A stretch of DNA of 64,000 nt from Lingula anatina (lineage: Eukaryota > Animalia > Brachiopoda). Below are positions 40,726 through 53,795 of this stretch, one piece after another. Where the stretch lies: assembly GCA_051362555.1 (NCBI GenBank), contig CM120640.1, forward strand, positions 24,786,225 to 24,850,224. Reading direction: 5' to 3'. Under the pieces are notes generated by a model, which was not told the DNA's origin, ran no database searches, and saw only the letters and a program-made list of their open reading frames with translations. Positions within the stretch are counted from its first letter, which is position 1; each line of letters opens with the position of its first letter. The position numbers were made by a program, and so were the translations under genes.

Positions 40726-42673
40726 ATGGCTTTTCAAGCTCCTAATGCTGGCCAAGGTAATTTCTAGTATCAGAATCTTTCTATAACATGTATTTCTACC
40801 AATCATTTCAACATGGCCTGGTTTACCTGTTCAAAAATTCTTCACACCATCTCATCTAAAGGTATCACGAATAGCATAGTTGCCTCAGTCAGCGGCCTTC
40901 CACATGCGAACGGCACAGTCTCCCGTTAGCATGTAAGGCCGCAAACTGAGGCAAGTACCATAGGTACCGCATCGATAACACAGTTTCAAGCTTGTAAGTC
41001 TGTACCATATTGTGAGTTTTAAGTTACAGATCCTATACCCCCCCTCTCATCTGATTCTTGCACGCTCAGCTTAATATTAGAAATCCTTCAATAGATATAT
41101 AAGGGCTATATAGGGACAGAAATTTCAAATTAACTTGTATTCCTTCATTTTCACATATAAGCTTTGGGTAACTTAAAATTGTCTTTGGCACTAACACGTT
41201 GTTGAACGTGGATTTATGTACTTTTCAGGTCGACAAAACAGGAAAATATTGGAAGAACTAGAAGAACAGAAAAAGCGACTGAGAATACAGGCTGCGAGCC
41301 AGCCATCTGGGGCAGCATCTGGGTAAAAGACAATATTTTTAGAAACTTACTCAGAGAAAAGTAAAGTACACTGTCCCACACCAGTTAAGCAAAGATGAAA
41401 GGAGCTAAATTTATTAATTTTACCAAAAATATGATAAAAATATATGATCAGATTTTTTCACCACTCATTATTGTCCCTTTATAAACCTCATTGTTCCAAT
41501 ATGTTTTATTTGTAGTGCAGGAATTCAGCCTTCTATCCAACCATCACAAATGGTAAGATAATGCATATATATTAGACATGTTGATCATTAATAACTGTGC
41601 ACAAGAGTGTGTTTAGTACTATTTGCAAAAGAATAAAATCCGGTTAGTAACATGCTTTTATGGTACTTATATACATAGTTATTTTACTCCCTAGTCTGGC
41701 ATGAACATTTTAACCAGTACACTTATTTGGCATCATGAATGATATTTCTGTATGTTTGAATTACAGCTTACAATGGATAGCAACACATTGGCAGCACAGC
41801 AGAGAGTAGCACTTCAGGTGAGAACATTGTTATTGATAAGCAAGTCTTTGTAACTCACTAACTGTATACATGGTTCAGGGGCGGATCCAGAGATATTTCT
41901 GACAGTCTTCCACATTATCTTTGTTGATCCATCTTCCATTTTTGACCGTCTTCTGACAGAAAAAAATAGGTACTCATCAGTGTAAACTTAGAAATTTGAC
42001 CGTCTTCCGGAAGACCCAGAAGACCGCCTCAATCTGCCCCTGTAGTTGAAGTTGGATATTCTGACTCAATCCATCTCAGATGTGTGCTATTATATTTGTT
42101 GAGATGAACTCTTTGTTTGTATTCTGGACAGAGGCCAATGGAGCTGTTTGGATTACAAAATTTGATGTACTGGTATAGTTACAGGTCACATAACGGAAAA
42201 TGCTACAAACACATATTTTCATACGTTTGCAACTACGAGTATCTTCTTCGAATGTATTGGCAGTAAGGATGTGTAAGCATATTGCCTATAGTCTTTTCTG
42301 CAACTTGTTTTTTGAATTAAGTATGCTGAGTATGTCATAAATTGATCTAGCATTTTGTCTTCTTTTACACACAGTGCGCTTAAAATAATATGAAACTACA
42401 TATCGTGGCTTTCTTTGTCCCAAATGTACCCATAAAATATAGCACAGGTGGTAAGTTTACTTATGCCTTGGTTTTAGAGTGCAATTTTCCCACATCTGTA
42501 GCAAAAATAGCTTTTGTATATAGATCTCAAATGGTCTATAGTTTACTCTGAACATCTAAGTAAATGTATTACCACTATCTCCATTTCAGCATGCCCACCA
42601 GAACTCAGTGGGATTTTTCATTACTCAAGACTCTTCATTTGGGAATCTCATTTTACCAGTGTTACCAAGGTGA
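40726..42673 (+). CDS. INIP: SOSS complex subunit C (INIP/C9orf80), 98 aa, 5 exons
   Basis: Exons 40726-40756, 41229-41322, 41516-41552, 41767-41817 and 42590-42673 give MAFQAPNAGQGRQNRKILEELEEQKKRL...AAQQRVALQHAHQNSVGFFITQDSSFGNLILPVLPR, the SOSS-C signature. Confidence 0.93.
41876..42042. mobile_element. hAT-like MITE in INIP intron 4
   Basis: Terminal inverted repeat caggggcggat... / ...atctgcccctg. No clean TSD visible. Confidence 0.6.
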
Positions 42674-43429
42674 TACCTGTATACAAGCAAGAGACTGAGA
42701 ACTATAAGTGGAAGAAAATTATGAGGAAAACCTATTCTTCTGTCTACACAGAAGTGCTAGTATTGCAATTGTTTTCATTGCAAGTGTAATTTTGTAAAGT
42801 GGTGGAAATGACCTAGGTGCCAGAGCAGTTTAACAAACAACTTATCAGACGAGCAACATTTTTACTGATTCTGTTAAATTATGCGGAGTTGTGAACCAGG
42901 AATTTCAAGATTAAAATATCTCAAACATGAAGGAATAAGATAAGAGTCAGCAGCTGGAGAAATGCAGTCCAAATACCTTTTCCATTGTAAATGATCGTCT
43001 ACTTTTTATTATGGAAATTGTGTATAGCATCATGTGATAGAGATTGGTTGGGCAATTAATGAAATGTTTCATTTTAGTAAGAAGTGAACTATTTTTTTCA
43101 TTATTGAATGTGGACATTTTCCCCTGGCTATTTCAGAAAATATTTTTATAATAATAGTGAACAATTTTATACAAATGTACCAACAGTTATGATTGAAACT
43201 TGGAATAATTGACATTTATACACATTTGATGGCTAGATATGCTTACATTTTTGCAAAAATTGACATTTCTTTATGCTCATTTTGGAAATTGCTCTTCAAA
43301 CGTTAAATGTATTGATGTCATATTCTTTAAAGAATATATTTATGATGATGATAAGCAAACTTGGTTTTTGTGATGAATGATCCATTGCATTCAATGTTTT
43401 TTATATGTACAGACAAAGATATGTCTGTA

Positions 43430-44110
43430 CATGTAGCCGTCACCTGTGTCTGTCGTCGCCGTCGTTGCTGTGCACTTTCACCAATAACACATTGTTTTTC
43501 CTTTTGGCTTGAAACTTACAGAACTGATGAATATCTATTATACGCAGGTCGAGTTCGAAAATCTGCATGATTGGGCCAATTTTATGGAAGTTATGCTGTT
43601 TTTTCACTTTTTTCAGCACATATGCAACACTGATAATACGATAAGTGAAAATCCATTTTACCTTTTGGTTTGAAACTTACAGAACTGATTAATATTCATA
43701 ATACGCAGGTCAAGTTCGAAAATCAGCATGATCGGGCCATTTTAAGGGAAGTTATGCTGTTTTTTTCACTTTTTTCAGCATATATGCAACCCTGATAACA
43801 CGATAAGTGAAAAACTGCTTTACTTTTTGGATTGAAACTTACAGATCTGATGAATATTCATAATATGCAGGTCAAGTTCGAACATCAGCATGATCGGGCG
43901 ACTTTTATAGAAGTTATGCTGTTTTTTCAATTTTTATTTCAACATAAATGAAACACTGATAACACAATATAAGAAAAACAGATAGGCCAATTGTCATTAT
44001 ACTCACAGGAGTAGTCAATTTAACTAAAACGCAGGTTAAGTTCGAAAATCAGCATAATCAGGCCATTTTTTTAGAAGTTATGCTTTTTTTTCAGATTTCC
44101 TCAGATTCAA
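43430..44110 (+). repeat. ~3.5 tandem copies of a ~180-bp unit after a (GTC)n-like microsatellite, probably the core array of a Helentron-associated element
   Basis: Recurring ttgaaacttacagaactgat...gcaggtcaagttcgaaaatcagcatgatcgggcc...gaagttatgctgtttttt. Confidence 0.7.
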
Positions 44111-45959
44111 TTCATATGCATGTTAACAGTCTCATTATTGAACTAATAAGATACGTAAAAGTACTTGTTTGACATTTCCTGCATCTTTACAACATTGTTA
44201 GTTGATTATGTAAAAATGATGGTAAACTTGTTATCGGGTATTGTGTAATGAAGTGTCAAAAATGGAAATAAACTCATATCATTGCAGTTTGTCAGATTCA
44301 ATCATCCACTATGTTCAGAATCTCAGAATGGAGGAAATTGGACATTTAACACTGTTATGTTGCATCAAAATTTGAAGATACCCCTATTTTGAGCACTGCT
44401 CCCATGATAACCATGTCTACATGTCAAAATGTCACCTTTGCCTTGGCATTTGTCACTGATTAGCTCCTCCACCAGTGTAAAAGGTGTATTAGTGTGATCA
44501 TATGTGTGGAATTTCATGTCAGATGGACATATAAAGATCTAAAAATTCGTCAAAATATTGAAAAAAGATACAGCTTTGCACAGCAGTCGGAAATCGGTAC
44601 GATTCAGTTGTTAGTTACGAACTACTTCCTGGTTTTCATAAGGTCCTTCAAGACCTCTATAACATTGTTATAATTGCAGCCCATACCATAAAACACCCCA
44701 AAATACTTAGATATGGACATATCAGATTATATTAATGCCAAATTTCCACATGACAACGATTTATAGACTCCCGGGAATTATTTTCCCTTAACGCTCTTTG
44801 TCGCGCTGGCGGTCAATGCAGCATTTATTTCAAAACAAGTTGGCCGCAAATTAAGCACGATTTTGCAACTTCAGGTTCCGTGTCACTTTTTCATATCATG
44901 CATCTTTTATTTCTACAAGTATTCTCTGCCCAAAAATGCGTAAAAAAAGAGAGTTATCTTACCAGGTTGTTTAGAAAACTTCTTTTTCCTCCGACTACAC
45001 GTCTTCTCTCCCGTTCACCTCCAGGTTAAAATGACCACTCAGCTTCGCTTCTAACACCACTACACGTCACTTCCGGGCACAATCAGTCTTCTCCGATTCC
45101 CTTTAACACACGTAGGAACTGCAAGTCTTCAAAATGGTTGAATAAGTTTAAATCAGTGAAAAGGGATCCAAAAAATATTTTTTCATTTTAATACTTATCA
45201 TTCATCAGCTTTTGCATTTTCCATCTATTTTATCTCAGCTGCTAATGATAAGTGTTTAAATCATCAATTAATTCTCGTAAAATATAAATAGTTTAAGTCA
45301 TGAATAATCCTTAGATATACACCCAATGCATATTTTCAAAGATGCCAGTGTGTTATTGTGATGTTATACAAGTTGTTATTATTTTAACAAAAGTTAAAAG
45401 AAAATGATAAAAAAACACCAGACTAAGATATGGGTCCCGTGGCAATCTTCCTTCTACAATTTAAGTGTGAATTACTAGTAACTATGAAAACAGGAACTCA
45501 CAAACAATATTACAATCACCATTTACCGAATCTGTATTAATTATTACTTTCAACCTTAAAACATTTAAGTCAACCATGAAACAATCTATAAGAGAATTGA
45601 ATTGTGTTAATGGTATGGCAACTCCTGAGAACATCTTCAGTTATAATATAATGGCAGTGTTCCAAAACCACGATACATATTAAATACAGGCTTGCTTAAA
45701 TCTTAAACGGAAAGGAAGTATTATCAAGTGTTGCACCTGCTCAGCAAAGCTGCAAATTTTATTTTGCAGCATCACAATTTCACTAGCACATTTAAGATTT
45801 AATAATTGTTAGTATATTTGTAACATATTTAATATTCGTCATTTGCCTCTAATCTTCGCTAAACATTATTAAAATATTACCACACATATTTATGATAAAT
45901 GTATGCATATTTGTAATAACTAAATTTTATCATTTGCTACGGGAATGGGGGGGGGGTCT

Positions 45960-46570
45960 TAAAAATAAAAATTTTGGGCCGCAATTCCCACAGCAAATAT
46001 GAAGGAGTGCCAGTAGATAAGGCCGGTGCCATGAAACTGAGGGTCCGTGTGACAGACAGTCCGTCCTCCATATAGTTAGGGTTAGTTTGACCTCAGTAGG
46101 TCAAAATCTAGGGCGAGGCTCACTTGTACAAATGAATGGGAAGCGGACTCTCTGTCATGGGGGACTTTCTGGTACATGTCACCGGTGATGGCACAGAAAT
46201 GGGAAAATTCTTGGTTTTGTCTAGTTTTGCTTGCATTATACATTTATATAAAATCTGATTCTCAAAATAAATGCAATCGGCAAGTATTATGCTACAGGGA
46301 TGGGAGTGAGGTGTTCTTAAGAATAAAAAAATTGGGCCTTAATTCCCTCAGCAAATATAAAATAGTGCCAGTAGATAAGGACAATAATGGCACAAGGATG
46401 GAAAAAATCTTGGTTTTGTCTAGTTTTGCTTGCTATATGCATTTATATAAAAAATTGGGCCTCAATTCCCACAGAAAAAAAAAAAAAAAAAAAAAAATAG
46501 TGCCAGTAGATAAGGATAACAATGGCACAGGAATGGGAAAAAAATAGTTTTTTTTCTCGTTTTACTTGTG
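45960..46570 (+). repeat. Degenerate tandem repeat (3 copies) interrupted by a MITE at ~46023-46185
   Basis: Recurring ttgggcc..aattccc.cag...agtgccagtagataagg...atggcaca. The insert has ~40-bp imperfect TIRs ccggtgccatg...gtgacagacagtccg / cggactctctgtcat...catgtcaccgg. Confidence 0.6.
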
Positions 46571-46723
46571 TTATAGTCAAGAACATATACATTTATACAC
46601 AATGTGCCCCTTCGTTAACATTAAGAGGTGTTGGGTTCTTAAATCTACAGTGGGATTTATTTAAGTAAGATAGTTACTTCTCTAATTTGACTCAGGAAAG
46701 TCTAGGTAACGGCTCGAGTTATT

Positions 46724-46883
46724 CCTGGGACTCCGTAACTTAAAAGCATCGCGTATTGCGAACGGCGATATCACAGAGGCTACAGTGTATTACATGGGGC
46801 GAGCATGGGCAAGTACTCGTAATGGTATCGAGACGCTTGCGCTCGGTCGCAATGCGCGCTGCTTTCGAGTTACGGGGCCCGGG
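46724..46883. mobile_element. MITE-like element with ~45-bp imperfect terminal inverted repeats
   Basis: cctgggactccgtaacttaaaagcatcgcgtattgcga matches the reverse complement of tcgcaatgcgcgctgctttcgagttacggggcccggg. Confidence 0.65.
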
Positions 46884-49800
46884 AGAGCAAAGTAACGCAG
46901 CACCACAGCTTTGTATCCAAAAACCAAAATTCAACTCATTACCTGGACATCGGCTAGTTTTATGGAAGAAATTGGAGTGACAGAAATAGTGACGAGATTG
47001 TAAAAGTTTAAGTGAGAGGCGAAAGAGGATAATTTCTACTAATGATTAAACGAGCATACATGCGAGTCCATTTAAATTTATTTGCAAGTCTCGCTTTTTT
47101 TAGCGATCTGTACACGACCACTTTTTTTTACAAAAAAAAAAAAAAAAAGGAAAAAAGAAAATTATAGAATATTTTTTATTCAACTATTATGTATAATTTT
47201 GAATATTTACAGTTGATTTAAAAAGGACTAATAATCAGTAATGAACTACGTAAACGCAATGAATTAATACATAGCAGTATTATCAAAAGTTCTAAGATTT
47301 TCCATCGTCTTCATCTAGCGTCGGAACGCACACAGTCCGATAATGCAGGTCTTGTGGTCGGAAACTGGTATCAGATGCTCTCGGGCCGTGGGGAAAAACC
47401 CGTCTAAACCCTTCGTGGGGAATGCCGGGAAAGTGCCCACGCCCGGATAATTCTTCAAGAACCGTTTTAGACAGCATTGTGTGACGGAATAACCTTTGTC
47501 TTGACTAACTATTCTCTATATATACTATACACGAGGTGAAGCATAAAAACTTATTAAAGTAATTCTTACAGAAAAAGGCACTGAAGCCAATAAAAAACTA
47601 ACAAGAGACATAACAATTAAACAAAATCATTTTGACTTTATCTTGGAGAATTAAAACCATAAATAAAGTTAATCATTTTACAACTGCAAGCATCTTTCAA
47701 AACTTGATTATAGTTCTCTTTATGATAAAATGCAAACAGATTCAAGTAATATGATTATAACTCGGGAATATCAATGATTTCAACTAAACATTGATATATA
47801 ATTCGACTTAAAATACCAGGTTTCTAAAATGTAACTTTGCACTGAAATCGAAACTACCTGCATGATACAAGTACAGAATAAAGCAAGCTTGCTTCAAAAT
47901 ATTTCGGATCTCACATTACACTGTATGACCGCCCATGTAAATTTCAATCTGAATTTTTTTGATCCGGAGAAAAGGTGCATATGTGATGAAGTGGATGTAT
48001 TTGTCAACTATAACACTTGAGAAAATCTGAATATTAGTAATGTGATCTCTATCTTGAGAGATGACAGCATCTCTCAAGAAGAGCAGACTGTACAAAAATA
48101 TAATGAAATATTTTCTCACACGTAAAATATTTCATTACAGATTTTGCACAATCTATCAATGTAAAATCTCTTCATGTAAAAGCGTTTACATGAAGTCAGA
48201 TTTTACAAAGATGTGAGGGTTTGTTAGTAAGGTTAGTGTGCAGGTTAAGACCTTTTCAAATGCCATACTGACAAACAACTCCACATCATCAAAAGCACAA
48301 ATTTGAAAAATGACCATCTCAGATTGAAACAAAACACAGACGACCACAAGTGGTGGGAATGTTTTTGTGAGCAAAAAACTATCTGCATTCAGAATGTGGA
48401 TAAAGCAACTCTATATTCAAATTTATTAATATAATAATTATAGCAACTGTAGAGGTAGACTTTTCCTACAGAAGCACACATCTTATTCAATTGATCTTGT
48501 ATGGAATGAAGAATCATCTTGAACCTCAGTTTTCTCTTCTGTTATTGAAATAAAATGGTTCACTGCATAAGGCATAAAATACAAATGAAATTTGATGCAA
48601 TTTCACCTCGACATGTTTGTGACCCATGAACCCCAAATGTTCTCAGCATCCAAAAGACTGATACATTATTAGACCGTATTCCCACTACATTCAGTACTGT
48701 ATATTGCCTTCATTACCATTCCACATTCTCTATATTTGTTTGCAGAACAAGCCGTGTCCTTCAACACCAAAACTCGTGGGATGTCCGAGCATCCATGAAA
48801 GTGTCTACAGGGCTCCTTGCTAACGCTGTACAGTGTTTAACATCTTGGACATTTGGTCTTGGGTCGACGGTATCTGACATCACGCAGGCGTAATTATTGG
48901 AAAACTCCCAATTCGTAGCCTACAAATGAAATCCAACTTTTACTCAAAAGTATGAAAAGCTATATCGAAAGCTTGCAGTAACTGCAACAAAGAAAGTATA
49001 TCACTGGTATTTACACACCGTTAACATTAATGAAAAGCTTGGTTCTTAAATGATCAGAGCGTTATTTCCAAATGTACAGTGAAATATGCTTCCTTTATTG
49101 AAATATATATATATTAACTTTTTAGAGTAAGTAGACAGCAGTCTTCAAAAAATAAATTATTTCAAACATTTGACAAAAAAGTAAGAAAAGATGTTGCTAT
49201 ATTGAATATTGTAATGTTAGCCTACATGTTAAATTGTTGACTGTCTGTGCTACTTTTAATTCTACTGTTTGTTTACATAGGATATAGTTTTTGATCACTG
49301 TCAATAATAAGAAACGCCATAATACACCAATAATAATACTTTAAAAATTCAGAACCACTTTTCTTAAGTTGTTGATCCCCAATAACTTACAAAGTTATCT
49401 GTATAAAGATCCCTCAATCCTGAAGAAGTGTTTCATCTGGAGGTTTGGTAGTTGCAATCTTCATTTTTAGAATCCACCACTTTTGGTAGCCTGCAAATTT
49501 AAATTATTACTTCAAAATGTAATAAAAGTCAACCATTTGTATATGAAATGTGTTTTTAAAGTTTCAGCAGTTTGATGGGAAATAAATATCAAAAGCACTT
49601 TTGTCACAAACTTGGAAAAAACATTCAAGCGAAATATTTTGACATGCCACTGGCGACCTTCAGACTTAATGTCACAATGGGGTATTGCACAAATTAGTTT
49701 TAACGAAGGAAAAGGAACACTAACAGCATTCAAACGACTCTACTCAAAGACGAGTTTAAGTAAAGCCTGAACAATCTAGATCCAGCGGGAGGAGTGTACT

Positions 49801-50139
49801 AGTATTCCATCAAGTGTTTAATTTGTGAAGGATTTATATGGGAGAGACAAAGAGAAAGTTGAACGTTAGAGTTAAAGAACACGGGAAGGAATAAGAAAGG
49901 GTACCCGAAGAGGGAAAAATGCACTACAGCCCAAGGTAGCCTTCTGCTACAACGAGCCATCATAAAAAAACATTGATTGGGAGAGTGCCAAGATTCTACA
50001 AAAAGAAAGTGACTGGAGAACAAGAGGCGTAAAGGGAGGCATATAAACCAGGAAAATGCCTAACAATCTGAACAATATAGAGAGATGGAAATAAATACTC
50101 ACTTCTACGGTGGCCTTTTATTACCACAACCACAGCACT

Positions 50140-50540
50140 GGAGGTGGGGGTGGTAGCTGCTAGCATACAATTTCTGGACCAGTGACAACGTCCCGGAGTC
50201 ACATTGGTGGTGGGTGTTGGGGGCGGTAGCTCCAAGTAATCTGGACCAGTAACCACGCCCTGGAGTCACATTGGTGGTGGTGGGTGGTGGGGGCGGTAGC
50301 TCCAAGTAATCTGGACCACTGACCACGCCTCAGAGTCACATTGTTGGTGGTGGGTGGTGGGGGCGGTAGCTCCAAGTAATCTGGACCAGTGACCACGCCC
50401 CGGAGTCACATTGGTGGCGGTGGGTGGTGGGGGCGGTAGCTCCAAGTAATCTGGACCAGTGACCACGCCTCGGAGTCACATTGGTGGTGGTGGGTGGTGG
50501 GGGCGGTAGCTCCAAGTAATCTGGACCATTGACAACGTCC
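50140..50540. repeat. 70-bp GC-rich tandem repeat, ~5.5 copies
   Basis: ctggacca recurs at 50174, 50241, 50311, 50381, 50451 and 50521. Confidence 0.95.
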
Positions 50541-51994
50541 TGCAGAATATTGAGACTGTTGAGGATCTGAAAGTTGACGAATGGCATGTCAAAATATTTT
50601 GTATGAATGATAAGGTTTTTCCACATCTGTGACAAATTAAAAGAGCTTTTTACCTGTGAAAAATGAGCACTGAATTTGCTAGAGTAAATTGTAAATAGAA
50701 AACAAATGCCTGCACCGAGTGACAGGTGCCACACATTCTTAAAACAATTGTCTAAGACCTTGCACAAAATGCTCAGTTTGTTGGAGTTGCACTGATAAAA
50801 GGTTTGTATTATCTATACAATGAATGACAATCTAGTTCATTTACCCTTATCCTGTCCCATAACTTACCTTGAATGCTCTCTAATCACAACTATTGAAGGG
50901 CTCTTGAAACACTATATGATATATGGCTTTCTCCATTTTAGCCTTGTTAACCTTGTTAAAATGGACCGTCATCAGGACAGGCGCTCGCCAATGCTATCTG
51001 CCTCAACTACAAAATAAAAAAAATTATAAGTCAAAAGTTTCCCTCTTTACTTCTCCCACCCAAATCCAATCTACTAACCATAAATATCTTAATCCTAGGA
51101 GTGGGTCATGGGTAAAAGACATTGCCTTCTGAATGTGAGCTGTCAAATTAATGTGGCTAACGGTTTTTAGTTTTTCAAGGTATGAAAAATCACTTAAGTG
51201 TTTTGTTTTCCCCAAAAAACATGAGTGATATGTACCTTTTAAGGCTTGATAGGTTTCCATCTCTGTGAAACGCCATATGCTTCTGATGCTCCCCCATGCA
51301 GCCCCCTAACATACAGACCATGGCAGGACTCAACCATGCACCAAGGATTGAATGTGACCCTCTTCTTGCACCTCTTTCAAAAAAGCGGGACTTTATCAGG
51401 AATTGCCCTAATTGAGTTCTGTAAATAGAAAGGAAAATTTGATTAGTTTTCAAAAATTGTATATCAAAAGCAGTCTGCAGCCAGAAAAATTGTTGGAATT
51501 GGTGGATTTCCAGAATGTGTCAATTTGGTGACATGGCTGTTAGATTTTTTCTATAAGTTTGAAAAAGAGCTTTTGATTTATTTTAAATGTAACTGTTACA
51601 TCACGATTCGAGAAAAATGTCAAGGTCTTGTTAATACAAATATTAATGCAATCCAGTCTAGTCCTATTGAACTTTGTATTCGAACCAGTGAATCAAGATT
51701 CAGACATCTATATCTAGTTTTTAGGAAAGAAGGTGGACTGAATGGCCAGTAGGGTGAAAAGTTTATGGCACAGACTGCTGCTGAAAAATTAATTTTAGTG
51801 TATTGTTCTCGCCAGTAACACGGGTTACCTTGCAGGTTTTTCCGCCTCAGTGAAACACCATATGCTTCAGACGCTTCTCCAATGCAGCCTCCTCAACAGA
51901 CCGTGGCAGGACTCACTGGCACCAAGGATTGAGGGATGTATCGGAAGTGTGCACGTGGCCCTCTTCTCCTTGCAGTTGCCATGAAACGTTGGAC

Positions 51995-52575
51995 AGGACT
52001 CGCTGGACGCTTCCTAGTGCAGCCACCTCGTAGACAGACCATGGCAGGACTCGCTGGACGCTTCCCCAGTGCAGCCACCTCGTAGACGGACCATGGCAGG
52101 ACTTGCTGGACGCTTCCCCAGTGCAGCCACCTCGTAGAGACCATGGCAGGACTCTCTGGACGCTTCCCCAGTGCAGCCACCTCGCAGATAGACCATGGCA
52201 GGACTCGCTGGACGCTTCCCCAGTGCAGCCACCTCGCAGATAGACCATGGCACGACTCGCCGGACGCTTCCTTAATGCAGCCACATCGTAGACAGGCCAT
52301 GACAGGACTCGCTGGACGCTTCCCCAGTGCAGCCACCTCGTAGACGGACCATGGCAGGACTCGCTGGACGCTTCCCCAGTGCAGCCACCTCGTAGACGGA
52401 CCATGGCAGGACTCGCTGGACGCTTCCCAAGTGCAGCCACCTCGTACACGGACCATGGCAGGACTCGCTGGACGCTTCCCAAGTGCAGCCACCTCGCAGA
52501 TAGACCATGGCAGGACTCGCTGGACGCTTCCCCAGTGCCGCCACCTTGTAGACAGACCATGGTAGGACTCGCTGG
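51995..52575. repeat. 52-bp GC-rich tandem repeat, 11 copies (degenerate relatives at ~51870 and ~51290)
   Basis: Unit gactcgctggacgcttccccagtgcagccacctcgtagacggaccatggcag recurs every 50-52 nt. Confidence 0.95.
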
Positions 52576-52636
52576 CTCCAAGGGATGGTCGAAGTAGCTT
52601 AAGTGTAGATGTGGGGTGTCTCCTTGCAGTTGTGTC

Positions 52637-53440
52637 CTGTAAACAGAAATAAAAACGAGATTAGATTTCTTTCATTTCTCAAACCCCCCTTCCAAAAAGA
52701 AAAAAGATTACATACCTTAAGGAGTGTAGTCGAAGTCCCACAGGTGGCGCCCATCATCTTCTATGTCCTGTAAACAGAAATAAAAACGAGATTAGATTTC
52801 TTTCATTTCTCAAACTCCCCTTCCAAAAAGAAAAAAAAAAGATTACATACCTTAAGGAGTGTAGTCGAAATCCCACAGGTGGCGCCCATCATCTTCTATG
52901 TCCTGTAAACAAAAATAAAAACGAGATTAGATTTCTTTCATTTCTCAAACTCCCCTTCCAAAAAGAAAAAAGATTACATACCTTAAGGAGTGTAGTCGAA
53001 GTCCCACAGGTGGCGCCCATCTTCTTCTATGTCCTGTAAACAGAAATAAAAACGAGATTAGATTTCTTTTATTTCTCAAACTTCCCTTCCAAAAAGAAAA
53101 AAAGATTACATACCTTAAGGAGTGTAGTCGAAGTCCCACAGGTGGCGCCCATCATCTTCTATGTCCTGTAAACAAAAATAAAAACGAGATTAGATTTCTT
53201 TCATTTCTCAAACTCCCCTTCCAAAAAGAAAAAAGATTACATACCTTAAGGAGTGTAGTCGAAGTCCCACAGGTGGCGCCCATCATCTTCTATGTCCTGT
53301 AAACAAAAAATAAAAACGAGATTAGATTTCTTTCATTTCTCAAACCCCCCCTTCCAAAAAGAAAAAAGATTACATACCTTAAGGAGTGTAGTCGGAGTCC
53401 CACAGGTGGCGCCCACCAGTTTGCAGTCTGCTTCCTGGAC
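52637..53440 (-). repeat. 131-132 bp exon+intron satellite, ~6 units (left copy)
   Basis: Reverse complement of the array at 62522-64000. Confidence 0.95.
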
Positions 53441-53795
53441 CTGTAATAAAAAGAAACCTGGAAAGCATGGGAATATATTCGTAGTGTCATTGCATATATG
53501 CAATGACACTACGACTCCAGCCCACGACAGCAAAAAGGTGAAGTATCCTGCGAAGATGACCGAGCGACGATTCCTCGTGGGGAGAAGCGAAGATTTTAGC
53601 TGGCCAGCTAAGAGAAACGCCGAATCCACCGTCTAGACGTCTGCGTGTGCAAGGAACAATATGTCGAAGAGCGATGCGTTGACGTAGGATGAGTAGAAGA
53701 TTCGGAGAAATGGGAGTCGACTCCCATGTCCTTTGTGCTTGATACAGGGCGCAGCACATGGCATCCTTCCTGTTGCTCTAGATCTGTCCGCTGTT

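Noticed and set aside
44989-45000. 12-mer ctccgactacac shared with the element's first exon
   Set aside because: No flanking similarity; compatible with chance or a common ACTACA-type promoter motif.
52637-53440. Hammerhead ribozyme in the 131-bp or 52-bp repeats
   Set aside because: No CUGANGA core on either strand of the units.
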